NCBI RefSeq assembly: GCF_018977255.1
Contig: NW_024704763.1
Span: 7,626,001-7,690,000, forward strand
Origin: Callorhinchus milii
Taxonomy: Eukaryota
DNA: 64,000 bases
Direction of reading: 5' to 3'
The translations under genes were made by a program, and so were the position numbers. Position 1 is the stretch's first letter; each line of letters opens with the position of its first letter. The notes under the pieces were generated by a model. It was not told the DNA's origin. It saw only the letters and a list, made by a program, of their open reading frames with translations, and ran no database searches. Shown in pieces: positions 49,689 to 62,114 of this stretch.

Positions 49689-52600
49689 TTGTGGAAGAAT
49701 TATTTTTTAATAGTAGTATTATTTTTAAATTGCGTGCAAAAATGTGTTTTGTTGAATTCCTGCAACCGTTTCCGAAAGCAACCTTGTGACGATAATAATA
49801 ATCCTTGCATTTGATATAATGCCTTAACATGTTGTTGAGTCATCTCAAAGCACTTCACAGAATTACATTGTAAAGTGTTTAAGACTGTTTTAAATCCAAT
49901 TAACACCATTCAACAAAGGCTCCATCTCCCTTAGGCAACTGCAGATCCTGGAATAAAACATCAGAACAAACTGAATCTTGTTAAGTGTTTTCTTTCGTTG
50001 CAAAAGTGTTCTCAATTGATGTTTTTTGGGAGTACCTCTCATTAGGAACAGTATAGACTGCATTGTGCTAATTAATTATTGCTGGCCGGTTACAAGAGAG
50101 TGCCAAAATAGCACCTTTCAATCTCATTGGATCCAATTCACTGAATAATAATAATAATAAACCTTGCATTTGATGTACTGCCTTATCACATTAAAAATAG
50201 TTTTTTATAAAGTGCATTGATTATATTTGTGGGTAAATAAGGCAGGCGATTTGCACACAACAGGGTCTCTACAAACGAGAACAAACAATTTTATCTGGGG
50301 GATTGATGGCTAGATCTCTGGGAGAAACATCCTTATCTTTTCAAATATTCCATGGGATCTATATCAAATGCAAGGATTATTATTATTATTATTATCTTTA
50401 ACGCCCACCTGAACAGGCAAAGATAATAATAATAATACTGCTTGCATTTGATATAGCACCTTATCACGTCTTCTAGATGTCTCAAAGCCCTTCACAGAAT
50501 ATACTGCAAAGTAAATTGACTGTATATTTTGTGGGCAAAGTGGGACCTATGTTTATTGTTTTATTCAAAGGATGATACCTCCAACAACACACTGTATCAG
50601 ATTGTCAGATTCAAAAAATCTTTCGACTCAGAAGCCAAAGTACCTCCTCTTGACCATGGCCCATACCTGACATTATGAATAGAAGCATAAAGGAAGAAAT
50701 GGGACGTTATTTCTTTGCCCAACAAGTTATTAGAGTGTGACTATTGAAAGCTGAGTCAATTATACCATTTAAAAGGAATTCTATCAACACCACAGGAAAT
50801 GGAGGAAAGAGAAGGGAATTGGAATCAATACTGCTCGCTCTCGCAGAAATAAAGCTTTCTCTCTGAATTGTCTATTGTCTGCATAAAGAACACAGCATAA
50901 CTGCATTCTAATGATGCTCAGCTCTTCAAGAACTAGTGTTAATTTAATGATCACACAGCAGTAACTCATGTCTCATCTGCCTGATTGATCCCATGGCGCT
51001 GTTTGAAAAGAGAAGTGAGTTTCTCCTGACCAACAATCCAACAAATAAAATTGGCCATTGACTTCATGGCTATTTTTGGTGTGCATATGGCTGCTGTGTT
51101 CACCTACACAATCAATACACTTTACGGTAAATCCTACAAAACGAAAGACATCCTACTAATGTGAAAGCCACTGAATCAAATATAAGGATCTTCAAATCAT
51201 TATATCCTGAATTGTATCTGGTTTGAGATGTCCTTCCGATGTGAGCAGCTTTTCCAGGGGTAATAATCCCTTAAATTTTTTAAAAAATAATAATAATTTG
51301 GTCACTCAATCCACAACTGTTTGTGGGACACTGCTGTGTACAGTTGGCAGCCACATTTAACCCCCTCTCCGCCTGACGTGAAAGGCGCTGTGTAAATGAA
51401 AATTGTAAAAATGGAACTTGAAGTTGTTTTTTTGTTGCAGACACAGTCTGTGGTGAGAGGCTGGAATTACATTACTGTGCAGTGAGATGTCCATCTGTTC
51501 ACAAACTAGCAATAGTTTTCTGCCCACGACTTTCCCTTCTAAAACATCAGGCTCGCTGCTTTGCTGTTGACACAATTGGTCTCAAACGCTATAAGCTCAA
51601 TTCTTTATGGGTTGCTGTTCTAGTTATTGATGTGCTCAGCAATTGGCTGACAATGAAACCTCACTTCCCTTAATCTTTTCCTCTCTGAACACACAATAAC
51701 AAACACAGACAAAAATTAAAACACATAAGAGACTCAAAATGGCTGTCACTGTGAGACTCACTCCACGACTGTGGGACATTGTTGTACGCAACTCGGCGCT
51801 GCATTTCACCAACAAAATACACGGTCAATCCGTTTCACATTGTATCCTGTGAAGGGATTTGAGACGTTGTGATAAGGCGCGATACCAAATGCAAGGATTA
51901 TTATTATTAGTAATAAAATCCCACCTAATCTTCACCTGCAAAACCATTTGATTTTGAATGTAAGTTGCCACAAGATTGTATGACACCCTTCAACTGAATC
52001 TGTTTGGAAGGCAGTTCCTTTTTAAGAACCGCGGAAAAACACCTTCTAAGTTGTGACTGAATTTAGCGAATGAAGTTTTTCGCGATTTTGTATGATCTTA
52101 TATTAAGATTAAAAAGATTAAATGAGCTGAAACTGGATGGAAATTGATCATTCACTTCACGGTTGCATGGGGGACATTGCTGTGTGTGAGTTGGCTGCAA
52201 GGTTTGTCTACAAATACACAGTCACTACACTTTACAGCAACTGCCAGTGAAGCCCATTAAAACGGTTGGGTTTTATAGGTGTAGGAGCTGTATATCACAT
52301 GCAATGATTATTTTATTATTGCACTTAATATTGCTTCTTTGGCCAGGACTGCACCATGCTACACAAATGCAAAGCGAATGGCTTTGATGGATGCGGTGAG
52401 GGAGGTTTTCCTGCAGCAAAAGGGTTTAGTTAATACATTAATGAGACAAACAGATAGCGCCCTTGGTGAAAGTATGAACTTGTGAATTATATCGCATCCA
52501 AAATATCCACAGGAAGGATAAAATACCCATTGTGCAGTCAATTTTTATACGTGGATAAATTTCAGCTAAGATAAGTGAAACTGTAAGACTGCTTGATAAA

Positions 52601-53481
52601 CTTTCACCGAAACAGTGCTTTTTCTGTCCTATCACAGTTGCAGCAAGTGATGCATAATAACACAATTACATCTGCAAAACAGACTGACGCAGAATCCCGT
52701 AGATTTCCAGCACTGTACCCCACAACAATAATAATCCTTGTATTTGCAGTATACAGTATATACTGTAAACTGAATTATAATAATGCCTCCAAAAAAATTG
52801 ATTGCCAGGTTTTATCTACAAAATACACAGTCAATTCACTTTAGAGAATATTCTTTGAAGCGCTTTGAGGTGTCACAACAAAGTGATAAGGTGCTATACT
52901 ATTATTATTATATTAGGGTTAGGTCACATCTGGATGCAAGCAATGTAAGCATTCTATCCTGGTTGGTTGAGTGAGAGAGGGTGGTCTGAATCCAGACCAT
53001 TGCCTTGGCGGAGGCCAGCTGATGAGAAGTCACAGTTTACCAACAGAACCAGCCCTGAAACAACAAAACCTGCATTCGGGTGACAGCCTATAAAGTGCGA
53101 CCGAGAAGCAAAAACAGGTCGTACAAAATTGCAAAATGTTCTGCTGTTGCACTTCCTGAAAACATTATTTATAATGCATACTGAGAACGAAACAGATCCT
53201 TTGATCAAAATCCCATAAGGTATTCCTGCTTTTTTGGGGGGGCCACAGAAATTGGTGCTTCTGACAAGTTAAAAAGACAAATGATCAAAAAGCCAACATC
53301 AAAGGCCTTTCCTATAAAAGGTGGAAGTGAAATTGGAGCAATTCACTGATCCCTGGAATATATTCATGAAGTTTTGAGTGCAATATGTAATTGAATGATA
53401 ATATTGCATAATACAGGCATGTAGTTTTGTGACTTGCCCTTCTTATAACTGATTTATAACCTGATGTCTGACTCTGCTTAC

Positions 53482-53740
53482 AATAATAATGCTTGCATTT
53501 GATATAGCACCTTGTCACGTCATCGATATGTCTCAAAGCACTTCACAGAATGTATTGTGGACGAAACGCGGCAGCCAATTGTGCACAGCAGTGTCCCACA
53601 AACAGCCGTGGATTGATTGACCAAGTTATTTTCTATTTTTTTTGGAAGGGATTATTACTCCCATAAATCGACTAACAATCGGGTTCCTACTTACTGCTGA
53701 GTAAACAGAGCCGTATGGAGTAAGAAAACTTGCCTAAGGT
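53482..53740 (-). mobile_element. SINE family A, headless
   Basis: Tail and CORE-like body on the minus strand. Confidence 0.8.
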
Positions 53741-55847
53741 ACTTAGGGGGAGGTTAAGGCTGAATGACCTCTCTTCCTGTTTCTCTATGTTCCATCAAAA
53801 GCTAACTGCGAAAACTGCAGGTCTGTGGCCAGGAATCTAAGAGAAAGTTCCCTTCTGTTTTAGTGCGTGGGGTTTTTAAAGCTCACCTGAATAGGCAGAC
53901 GGGACCTCGGTGGTGTATTTTGTTTCAAGCTTACCACTTGTTTCACAGAGTGGACAGTGTCAGGCAGACAAATGTCTTTATTTCCAGTGATTAACACAAG
54001 CATCTGCTTGTTGTGTCATTAGCCGCATTCTCCTTTTGTGTGAAACGGCTCATTGTGACTCGCCGAAGAACATGTCAAGTCACTCGGAGTGCCTTGTCTT
54101 GTGCATCAACTTTGAGGATTAAGGTCAGGAATCTGAACTCACAATCTAAGGTGACACTCCAGCGCAGTGCTGGGGGGAGCGCCTCATTGTCAGAGGTACT
54201 GTCCTTCGGATGAGACTTTAAACCAGGGTGGGCAGGTGGACATGAATGATCCTGTGATCCACTAATCACTAATCACAAAGAGGAAGGAGTTTCTTCCAGC
54301 GTCTTGGCCAAAAATTCCCGAGATAAAATGGCTCATTCACTACTTGACTGTTCGTGGGACCCGACTTTGAGCAAATTGGCCGGCACGTTTGCCTACAAAA
54401 TACAGTCACTACACTTTACTATGTATCCTGAGCACTTTGGGACAACCTACTGAGTAAAAGGCTCTGCATCAATTGCGAGGATTAATATCAGCACTTTTAT
54501 GAACTTGCTGCTGACTTCCCTCTCAGTGAACTTGACAGCTTCACGGTACACCTAGTAACACTTCAATGTTCTCCTTTATTTGTTTTAAAATTTAATTTAC
54601 TGGAGATATATAAAAAAAATCAGTAAATCATACTTTCCTATTAGTCAACCTTGGCTCGGCAAAGAGTATGCTGGAGATAACTGTCAGTGCATTTCTCCTC
54701 CGCCATCTGTCCATAAATCAAGGTGACGTTCCTTTCAAGCAGGCAGAACCTTGTCATTTTTGTGTGTGGTTAATCTTTTGTGCTTTCAAATGGGAGAACA
54801 CTGAGGAGAAACAATGAGACAGTGTTATACACACTCGCCCATCACATTTGCAGTAGTCTTGTGCCAGTTCTCAATCATTCTCTCTCGCAAGAGCTCTGCT
54901 GGCGTGGCACCAGTCAGGAGATGCTTTGTGTTTTGTACTTTCTGAAGCCAATAAGTGACCTTATTTTTTTGCACACATTAATTCTGGCTTTTCTATACGT
55001 CTTTGATGTAATTGGTTATGTATACAGGTATGTTCGCTCACAGCATACTCAAGTCACACCACTTCGCGGTGCATCCTGTAAAGCACTTTGAGACGTCTCA
55101 ATGACGTGATAAGGCGCTTTATCAAGGGCAAAGATTCTTCTTATTATTATTATATGTGTTATGGTGATAATTGTGTGTCAGTCTGGTTGACTAAGAATCT
55201 ACCCTTAGATAAGAATTTTCAACAACACTGCATAAGAATAATAATGCTTCATGATGTCTTTCATGTCAGGAGGATGTCTCAGAGCATTTATTTATATATT
55301 TATACATAGACATATGTATAAACATATAAGTATATGTGGCCGGCATATTGACAACATGATGACATAAGTGGTAGTGGCTAGTTTATCCAGGGTTGAGTTA
55401 TCAGGAGTTTACTGGTAGCCATGTCTGGGTGCTATATTAACATCCCTTGTCGTAATTCCTAAATTCAGCACAAAATAACTTTTAAAGCTGGAGAATAAGA
55501 AGGACGTGAAGACTGATGGCAGCGATATGTGCAACTTAATCACTGAACACACACTCTCTCCAGCAACATATGGATGCAAATATTAATTCACACTTTTTCT
55601 TTATCAGTTGATCAATGTTCAAATGATGTTGAATCAGCTTTAGTTTTAGCTTTAGTTTTCGTTCCCCATTTGCTCCTTCTGTCTCTGTTCGCACCTCTCC
55701 CTTTTATTGGTGCAAACCTCCAGTGGAAAGACTGTAGACAGATTGCAGCTGATTGCAATCGCTGTTGCTGTGTGTGAAATGTGTGTGTGAAATGGGATGG
55801 TGCAAGATGAGTAAGTGTAGTATAATATATGTATAGTACACATAGTA

Positions 55848-56224
55848 GAGTCCCGTAGTGTAGAGTTTAGAGCACTTGCCTCGCAAGCGAGAGGACCTGG
55901 GTTCGATTTCTGGGCAGGGAGAAATCTTAGGCAAGTTTCCATACTCCACGCACCTCTGTTCACCTAGCAGTAAGTAGGAACCTGGCTGTTAGTCGATTGG
56001 CAGATCACTTTCCAGGGGTAATAATCCCTCCAAAAATATATATATGTGTACTTGGTCACTCAATCCACGCTTATGGGACACTGCTGTGTGCAATTGGCTG
56101 CTGCATTTCGTCCACAAAATATGCAGTCAATTCACTTTACAATATGTTCTGTGAAGCGCTTTGAGATGTCTCGAAAATGTAATACGGCGCTGTGTCAAAT
56201 GCAAGGATTACAACTATTATTATT
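55848..56224 (+). mobile_element. SINE family A, full length
   Basis: Head, body (CCTCTGTTCACCTAGCAGTAAGTAGGAACC), tail. Confidence 0.85.
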
Positions 56225-56329
56225 ACATGTAATTGCACATATAGTAAGCATAGTACGCTTGGAAGAACCAGGCAACTTTAGATCTTAAGGTTCCCGATCA
56301 TTATTTGCATTATTATCAACATCTCCAAT

Positions 56330-56513
56330 ATTGCGGGTTCAAGCCACATGTCTCAACTCACATAGTCTGATCTGAAACACCAGTGCAGTGCTGGAGGACC
56401 GCTATATTGTCAGAGGTGCCGTCCTTCAGATGAGAAATTAAACCGAGGTCCCCGTCTGTCTGCCTGTTCAGGTGGATGTAAGATCCCACGGTGTTATTTG
56501 TAAAGAGAAGGGA

Positions 56514-56557
<44 letters not shown>

Positions 56558-56605
56558 CCTAGCCAGGAAACCCCTCAAATAAAAAATTGGTCACTCACTT
56601 CTTGT
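56330..56605 (+). mobile_element. DeuSINE-like family B with expanded (TC)18. Other partial B copies near 388-660, 4157-4428, 6535-6838, 7570-7886, 20150-20471, 22465-22710, 39795-40110, 46295-46606, 54120-54485, 57375-57670, 58735-58960, 62308-62609
   Basis: GAGGTGCCGTCCTTCAGATGAG...TGCCTGTTCAGGTGGATG; the same motifs recur at the listed sites. Confidence 0.8.
56517..56552. repeat. (TC)18 microsatellite within a family B SINE
   Basis: Direct reading. Confidence 0.9.
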
Positions 56606-56685
56606 TTGTTTGTGCCTGTGTACCCAAGTCCTGGTTTGCCCTGTTATAATGAACTAACAGAAATGTTTGTGCTTAATTCTGGCAG

Positions 56686-56718
56686 AAGCTGAGGAAGAGG
56701 AGGCAGAAGCAAGGACAG
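56686..56718 (+). CDS. CD276: CD276 cytoplasmic exon 1 (33 nt, acidic)
   Basis: GGCAG|AAGCTG...GGACAG|GTAAGA; phase 1-1; EAEEEEAEART, positionally equivalent to the human acidic exon GAEDQDGEGEGSKT. Confidence 0.85.
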
Positions 56719-58987
56719 GTAAGAAAACTGCTGTGCTCCCCTCCAAAGGAAGAAAAAAACTGACTCCCAGTGAAAATAGCTTGTCCCTGTTCACCCTGTT
56801 ATAACCCTGTTACCTCTATAAGGTTGTCCTCTCCACTTTCTCTGCTCCATTGAAAACAGACTCAGCTTCTCCAAACTCACCTCATAACGAAAGCTCCTCA
56901 ATCCCTGTAACATTGAGGTAACCTCCTCTGCCCGACTCCCCTTCGTGAAGTGAAGTGCAGAAAACTAAACGCAGCTCTCCACTTGCGGCCTAACCAATGA
57001 TAATTCGAACGTAGCATTATTGCTTTATTTTTAGAATACCGCCCAGGAGAACAGGAGAGAATCTCAACACGAAATGAGAAACATTAAAGGTTTGCCAGTA
57101 TCTTTAGTCATAAATCCTCATCTTCATTAAAGTCAGAATAAATATGAAGATACCGGAATTTCAGCTGTGTCGGATTTAAAGCAACGTACTGATAATTCTC
57201 AATAAAAATGTCACGGATAAACAATAGGAATAATTTAGGAAGTGATCGCAAATCAATAAAATTGTCATATTAGCACCTATTGATAATATTCTGTGAGGAA
57301 CAGTCACATTACTATTACTGTAAACAGCTTTTCTTGTTACGATTGATTTGATGGATTATGGATTCGTGGTCAGTGTCAGCGTGGCTCAGTTGACAGCACT
57401 CTCGACTGAGTTAGAAGGTTGTGGGATTGAGTCCTTCGAAGGTGACGTCCTTCGGATGAGACATTACACTGTGTTGTTAACTGAAAAGAGAAGGGAGTTT
57501 CTCCCAGTGTCCTGGCCAACAATCCCCAGATACAATTGATCATTTTATAAATTTTCAGCCACAAAATATATACAATCAATTCACTTTACAGTGTATTCTA
57601 TGAAGCGCTTTGAGACGTCTCAAAGGCGTGACAAGGCTCTATACCCAATGCGAGGATTATTATTATTATTAATATTTAATGACTTCATCCCGTGGCTGTG
57701 TTGTCCCACAAATCCAGTTACCGTATTTTGCAGCAAATCCTGCCAAGAGTTTTGAGTCATTCCTCCTGATGTGAAAAGCGCTGGATCAAGTGTAATGATT
57801 AATATTCAAATGATGATCCACAAGTTGCTTGGTGTGAAGTAACGGTATAAGCCATCGTACAGTAATTCCTCGTTGAGTGGTGCCTCACAACCTCTCGGAT
57901 TTCTCATTAAACTTTTACCTTGGCTCTGACACTTTTGCAATGTAGAGTCTACGAAACTAATAGGGAAGTCTGTAGATGGAAATGTGAGCCTCTTGTGAAT
58001 GGGGAGTTGACACGTAAAGCAGTGAACTCTGAACAGTTTTATCCATTAATGATTTGGACTCGCCAATAAATGACAACCCTACACAGGGGCAGACTTGCAG
58101 TGAAAATTACATCCCCTACCAATTCACTTTGTAGCTGCCTTTTTCTGATCCTCATTAAGACGGTGGGATGACAGGATGGGAGAATGGAACGTTTTACCAT
58201 TTTTGTTCCTGGTAAAATTATGAGCTCTAAATTCTGATTGCTTCCCAGGACAGACTTGCTCTAACTTTAACGCCACAGGTTCCGTCTCACACAGAAAGCT
58301 GATCCACACGCAACTAACACACATGTTTAGCAGCATTCCACTATGCATAATAATAAGAATAATCCTTGCATTTGATGCAGTTTGATTATCACAAATGTCT
58401 CAGAGTACATTGCAGGATTTATTGTGAAGTGCAATGACTCTGAAGTGCAAACCCTTGACTGTCCAGTGCCTTGGGACGTCCTCCTGATATGAAAGGTGCT
58501 GTATAAATGTAAGGATTATTATTATTATTTTTATATCATTTGTTGTTGTGTAATCTAACTGTGTTGGTCAGGACACTGAGAGACACTCCCTTCTCTTTTC
58601 ATGCCATGGGATCATTACTATCCACCTGAATGGGACCTTGTATTAACAAGCCCACATCAGGCGATGAGCTCACAGTGTCTAGGCTGACATTCCAGTTGGG
58701 TGCTAGAAGAGGGATGAGGGGGGAGATAGAGGGGGGCCGGTGGGGAAGAGCACTGCATTGTCAGAGGTCTTCGTAATAAGACATTAAACCGATTGCCTGG
58801 GCCTGTTTAGGTGGATGCTATAGATCTCGCGGCTCTATCGGAAAAGAGAAGGCTGTCCTCGTGTCCTGCCCAACAAGTCTCCAGATTAAATTGGTCACTC
58901 ACTTCATGTTCCTGGGACATTGCTGGGTGCAAATTGGTTGCTGCATTTGCCTACACAACAAAAGCAAAACAACAACAACTTGAATTG

Positions 58988-59364
58988 ATAATAATGATAA
59001 TAATAATCCTTGCATTTGATATAACGCTTCATCACGTCTTCGAGACGTCTCAAAGGCCTTCACAGAATACACTGTAAAGTGAATTGGCTATATTTTGTGG
59101 GCGAAACGCAGCAGCCAATTGCTCACAGCAGTGTCCCACAAACAGGCGTGGACTGAAGTGACCAATTTATTATCATTATTTTTTTGAAGGAATTATCACC
59201 CCTGGAAAAGTGATCCGCCAATCAGGTTCCTACTTACTGTTAGGTAAACAAGAGGCGTGTGGAGTAAGGAAACTTGCCCAACATTTTGCCCGGCCAGGAA
59301 TCGAACCCAGGTCTGTCACCCGCTTGCGAGGCGAGTGCTCTAACCACTGAGCTACAGGACTCCA
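58988..59364 (-). mobile_element. SINE family A, full length
   Basis: Well-preserved head and tail. Confidence 0.85.
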
Positions 59365-59867
59365 CAAGTCACTTCACATGAGGTAGTGTCTCTGAGCGCT
59401 GAACAATGACATAGTCAGCACTGATAACACAGCGACTACATTTTACACACCAACGGTGAAGTGCTTTGAGACATTTACACCTTGTAGACTGAATATCAAA
59501 CGCAAGGATTATTATTATTAATTAAGAAGTGTAGATATCTTTCTGCCAATCCAGGTTTCACAACTGAAACAAAATATGACTGAAATACCTATTACACCAG
59601 TAACAATTACAGGCAGATTGTCCCATATTGGAGCTTTAATAGCAAAGACCCTGAGCAGAATCTAAGGGCTGCACAGTTGATTAGAAAAGTCAGTTAGCAA
59701 GTATTGAGTGGCAAATAAAATTTCAACTGGCAAATTTGCCAGCGGCAAGCATGGACTGTTTTTTTTATTTTCTCTTCATTAAGTCCTTGATCGAAACCGA
59801 GTGAAATGCTTTAAAATTGTCCTAAAGGAATTGACGTACACTGCTCAGAATTAGTAAATCCTTCAAC

Positions 59868-60218
59868 CGAGAGAGGATCCAGGTTCGATTCCCGGGCAGG
59901 GTGAAACGTTGGCAACTTTTCTTACTCCACGTGCCTCTGTTTACCCAGCAGCAAGAAAGAACCCAGTTGTTAGTGGATTGGGCGGATCGCTTTTCCAGGC
60001 GAATAATATTTTTCCAGAAAAATATAATCAAAACATGTTCATAATTCGGTCACTCAATCCACGACTGTTTGTGGGACGCTGCTGTGCGCAATTGGCTGCC
60101 ACGTTTCGCCCACAAAATACACAGTAAATTCACTTTACGGTATATTCTGTGAAGCGCTTTGAGACGTCTCGAAGATGTGATAAAACGCTATATCAAATCC
60201 AAGGATTATTATTATTAT
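59868..60218 (+). mobile_element. SINE family A, 5'-truncated (further partial copies near 3888-4125, 13927-14030, 25929-26238, 27914-28061)
   Basis: B-box, body and tail; the partial copies share the same motifs. Confidence 0.8.
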
Positions 60219-60832
60219 AATGACCACAGAGGAAGTGGTGAGAATCACGTGTCGTCTCTGCTTGTGTGACTTTAATTTGTGACTTGAAAGGCATCCTTAC
60301 ACTTGACATAGGACCTTTCATGTTAGAAGAAGGTCTTGAAGCGCTTCGCAGGATTTTCTGAACAATGTCATGAATTTACTGATTCACAACGTATTAAAGT
60401 ATAAGTGGCTGGGCATTTTGGAGGCAAAATATCAATTTGATGGAATCCAGGAATTTTCTTCTTTGACCTTACGCAGGATTAACTTGGTTAGTTCATGTTT
60501 ATACCGGCGCTCAGCTCCTGTTAGCCCGCAAGCCAAGGCCCTAACGAGTAGGGTGGCTGGCTAGACAGTGTTATCAATGACCAACCCAGCTCAGGAACTG
60601 GACTGGCAACCACCACACACAACCTGGTGCAAAGTATGTCACCATGGAGCCAGTTCAATTCCAAAGAGACCCCACTTTCCCTGCACCCACAGAAGGTTGT
60701 GGGTTCAAGCCCCTTCTCCCCCGACCCCCCCCCCAGTGACTTTGAGCTCATAGTCCAGTTTAGTGCTGGGAGGAGCACTGCATTGTCGGAGGCATTATCC
60801 TTCAAATGACACATTAAACCACCACTTGCGCC

Positions 60833-61300
60833 ACCACCACTACAACAAAAGCATTTTCACGTCAGGAGGACGTCTCAAGGTGCTGAACAGTCGGAGATCT
60901 GGACCCGAGCATGGGGGGCGCAGGGTTGGGGTGAGGGAAGGCAGAGAGGTAGGAGGGCGGCTGAAGACACGGTTGAAAAGGAGGGTCTTGAGTCGTTCCT
61001 TGAAGGAGGCAAGGGAGCGAGGCGAAGGGATTGTGAGATGGAGTTCCAAAGAGTGGGGGCAGAGAGGCTGAAAGCCTGGCCGCCGATGGTAGGGCGAGTC
61101 GGGCGGGAGACCTGGAGCAGGTCGAAGCCCGCTGAGCGGAGAGAGCGGGCAGGTTGATAGGGGGGCAGCAGGGCAGAGATGTAGGAAGGCGCAAGGCCGT
61201 GAAGAGCCTTGAAAATGAGGATGAGGATTTTGAATTCTATCCTAGAGGGATGGGAAGCCAGTGGAGCCGTGCGAGTGTGATGGGGGTGATGCAGTCGGCT
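60833..61300 (-). mobile_element. L2 LINE 3' fragment (ORF2 C-terminus plus 3' UTR), longest in the window
   Basis: Minus-strand translation with small frameshifts reads ...LHWLPIPL.IEFKILILIFKALHGLAPSYISALL...IGGQAFSLSAPTLWNS...ASFKERLKTLLF, the typical L2 ORF2 end, then a (TTG)-type tail. Confidence 0.85.
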
Positions 61301-62078
61301 AAGATTGCTGACTAGGAATAAAATCTAAGCAGCTGAGCTATGTATGCACGTGCAGGCATGAAGCATAAATACAAGCGTACATGTAGATGTTTTATTCCTG
61401 ACAGTTCTGGAGCTGCCAACACTATAGACAGAAACAGTTCAATCCAGGCTTCCCTTTAGATTTAAATTGCTAATGTGGGACTACAACACTGCTCGTCTGC
61501 TCTGACATTTTCTCTCTGTTGAAGATGCTTATTTTTATGGCCTCAGTGACAGAATTGGATTATAAGGGCATTTTGCATGGCGAGGAAGACAAAGACACAT
61601 TTGGTATGATGGCAGAGCTGACGTACATTATTTAAATGGCAGATACCACCTTGCAAGAATGTCTTGAAGGACAAAAAAACAGTCCAAATCAGGTCAGGAG
61701 CAGTGGTCACTGCGGTTTCTCTAATAACCATGTGTTTGAACAGTAATGGAGATAAATGCTGCTAGATTTCAGTCACTCTCCTATCCCTACCCTCCCCACC
61801 CACCATCCCTTCTGATCCCAATCCCCTTCCTCAGGACCAAATCCCTGACTGCCCATCGCCTTAGACTCTACCTCTACCACATCAGGCCACACTCCCAACA
61901 ACTCTTTCTGTGGAAAAAAATCTCCTCAGCTCTCCTTTCACGCTTCCTTTGTGCTCACAAAATACATTCAATCCACTTTACAGTATATCCCATGAAGCGC
62001 TTTGAGATAATTATTTTATTATTTTATTATCTATGATAATTATATTTATTATTATGATTATATTTTTGTCTTTTCCAG

Positions 62079-62114
62079 CAATGAAGCCACTGGAAAGTAC
62101 TGAAGATAAAGAAG
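62079..62114 (+). CDS. CD276: CD276 cytoplasmic exon 2 (36 nt)
   Basis: TTTGTCTTTTCCAG|CAATGAAG...GAAG|GTATGC; phase 1-1; AMKPLESTEDKE vs human ALQPLKHSDSKE. Confidence 0.9.

Noticed and set aside
43581-55531. Shared short words (GCAGCGATATGTG at 43581 and 55519; GATTGCARCTGATTGCAA at 32510 and 55741)
   Set aside because: Flanks do not extend convincingly; may be chance or tiny relics of old repeats.
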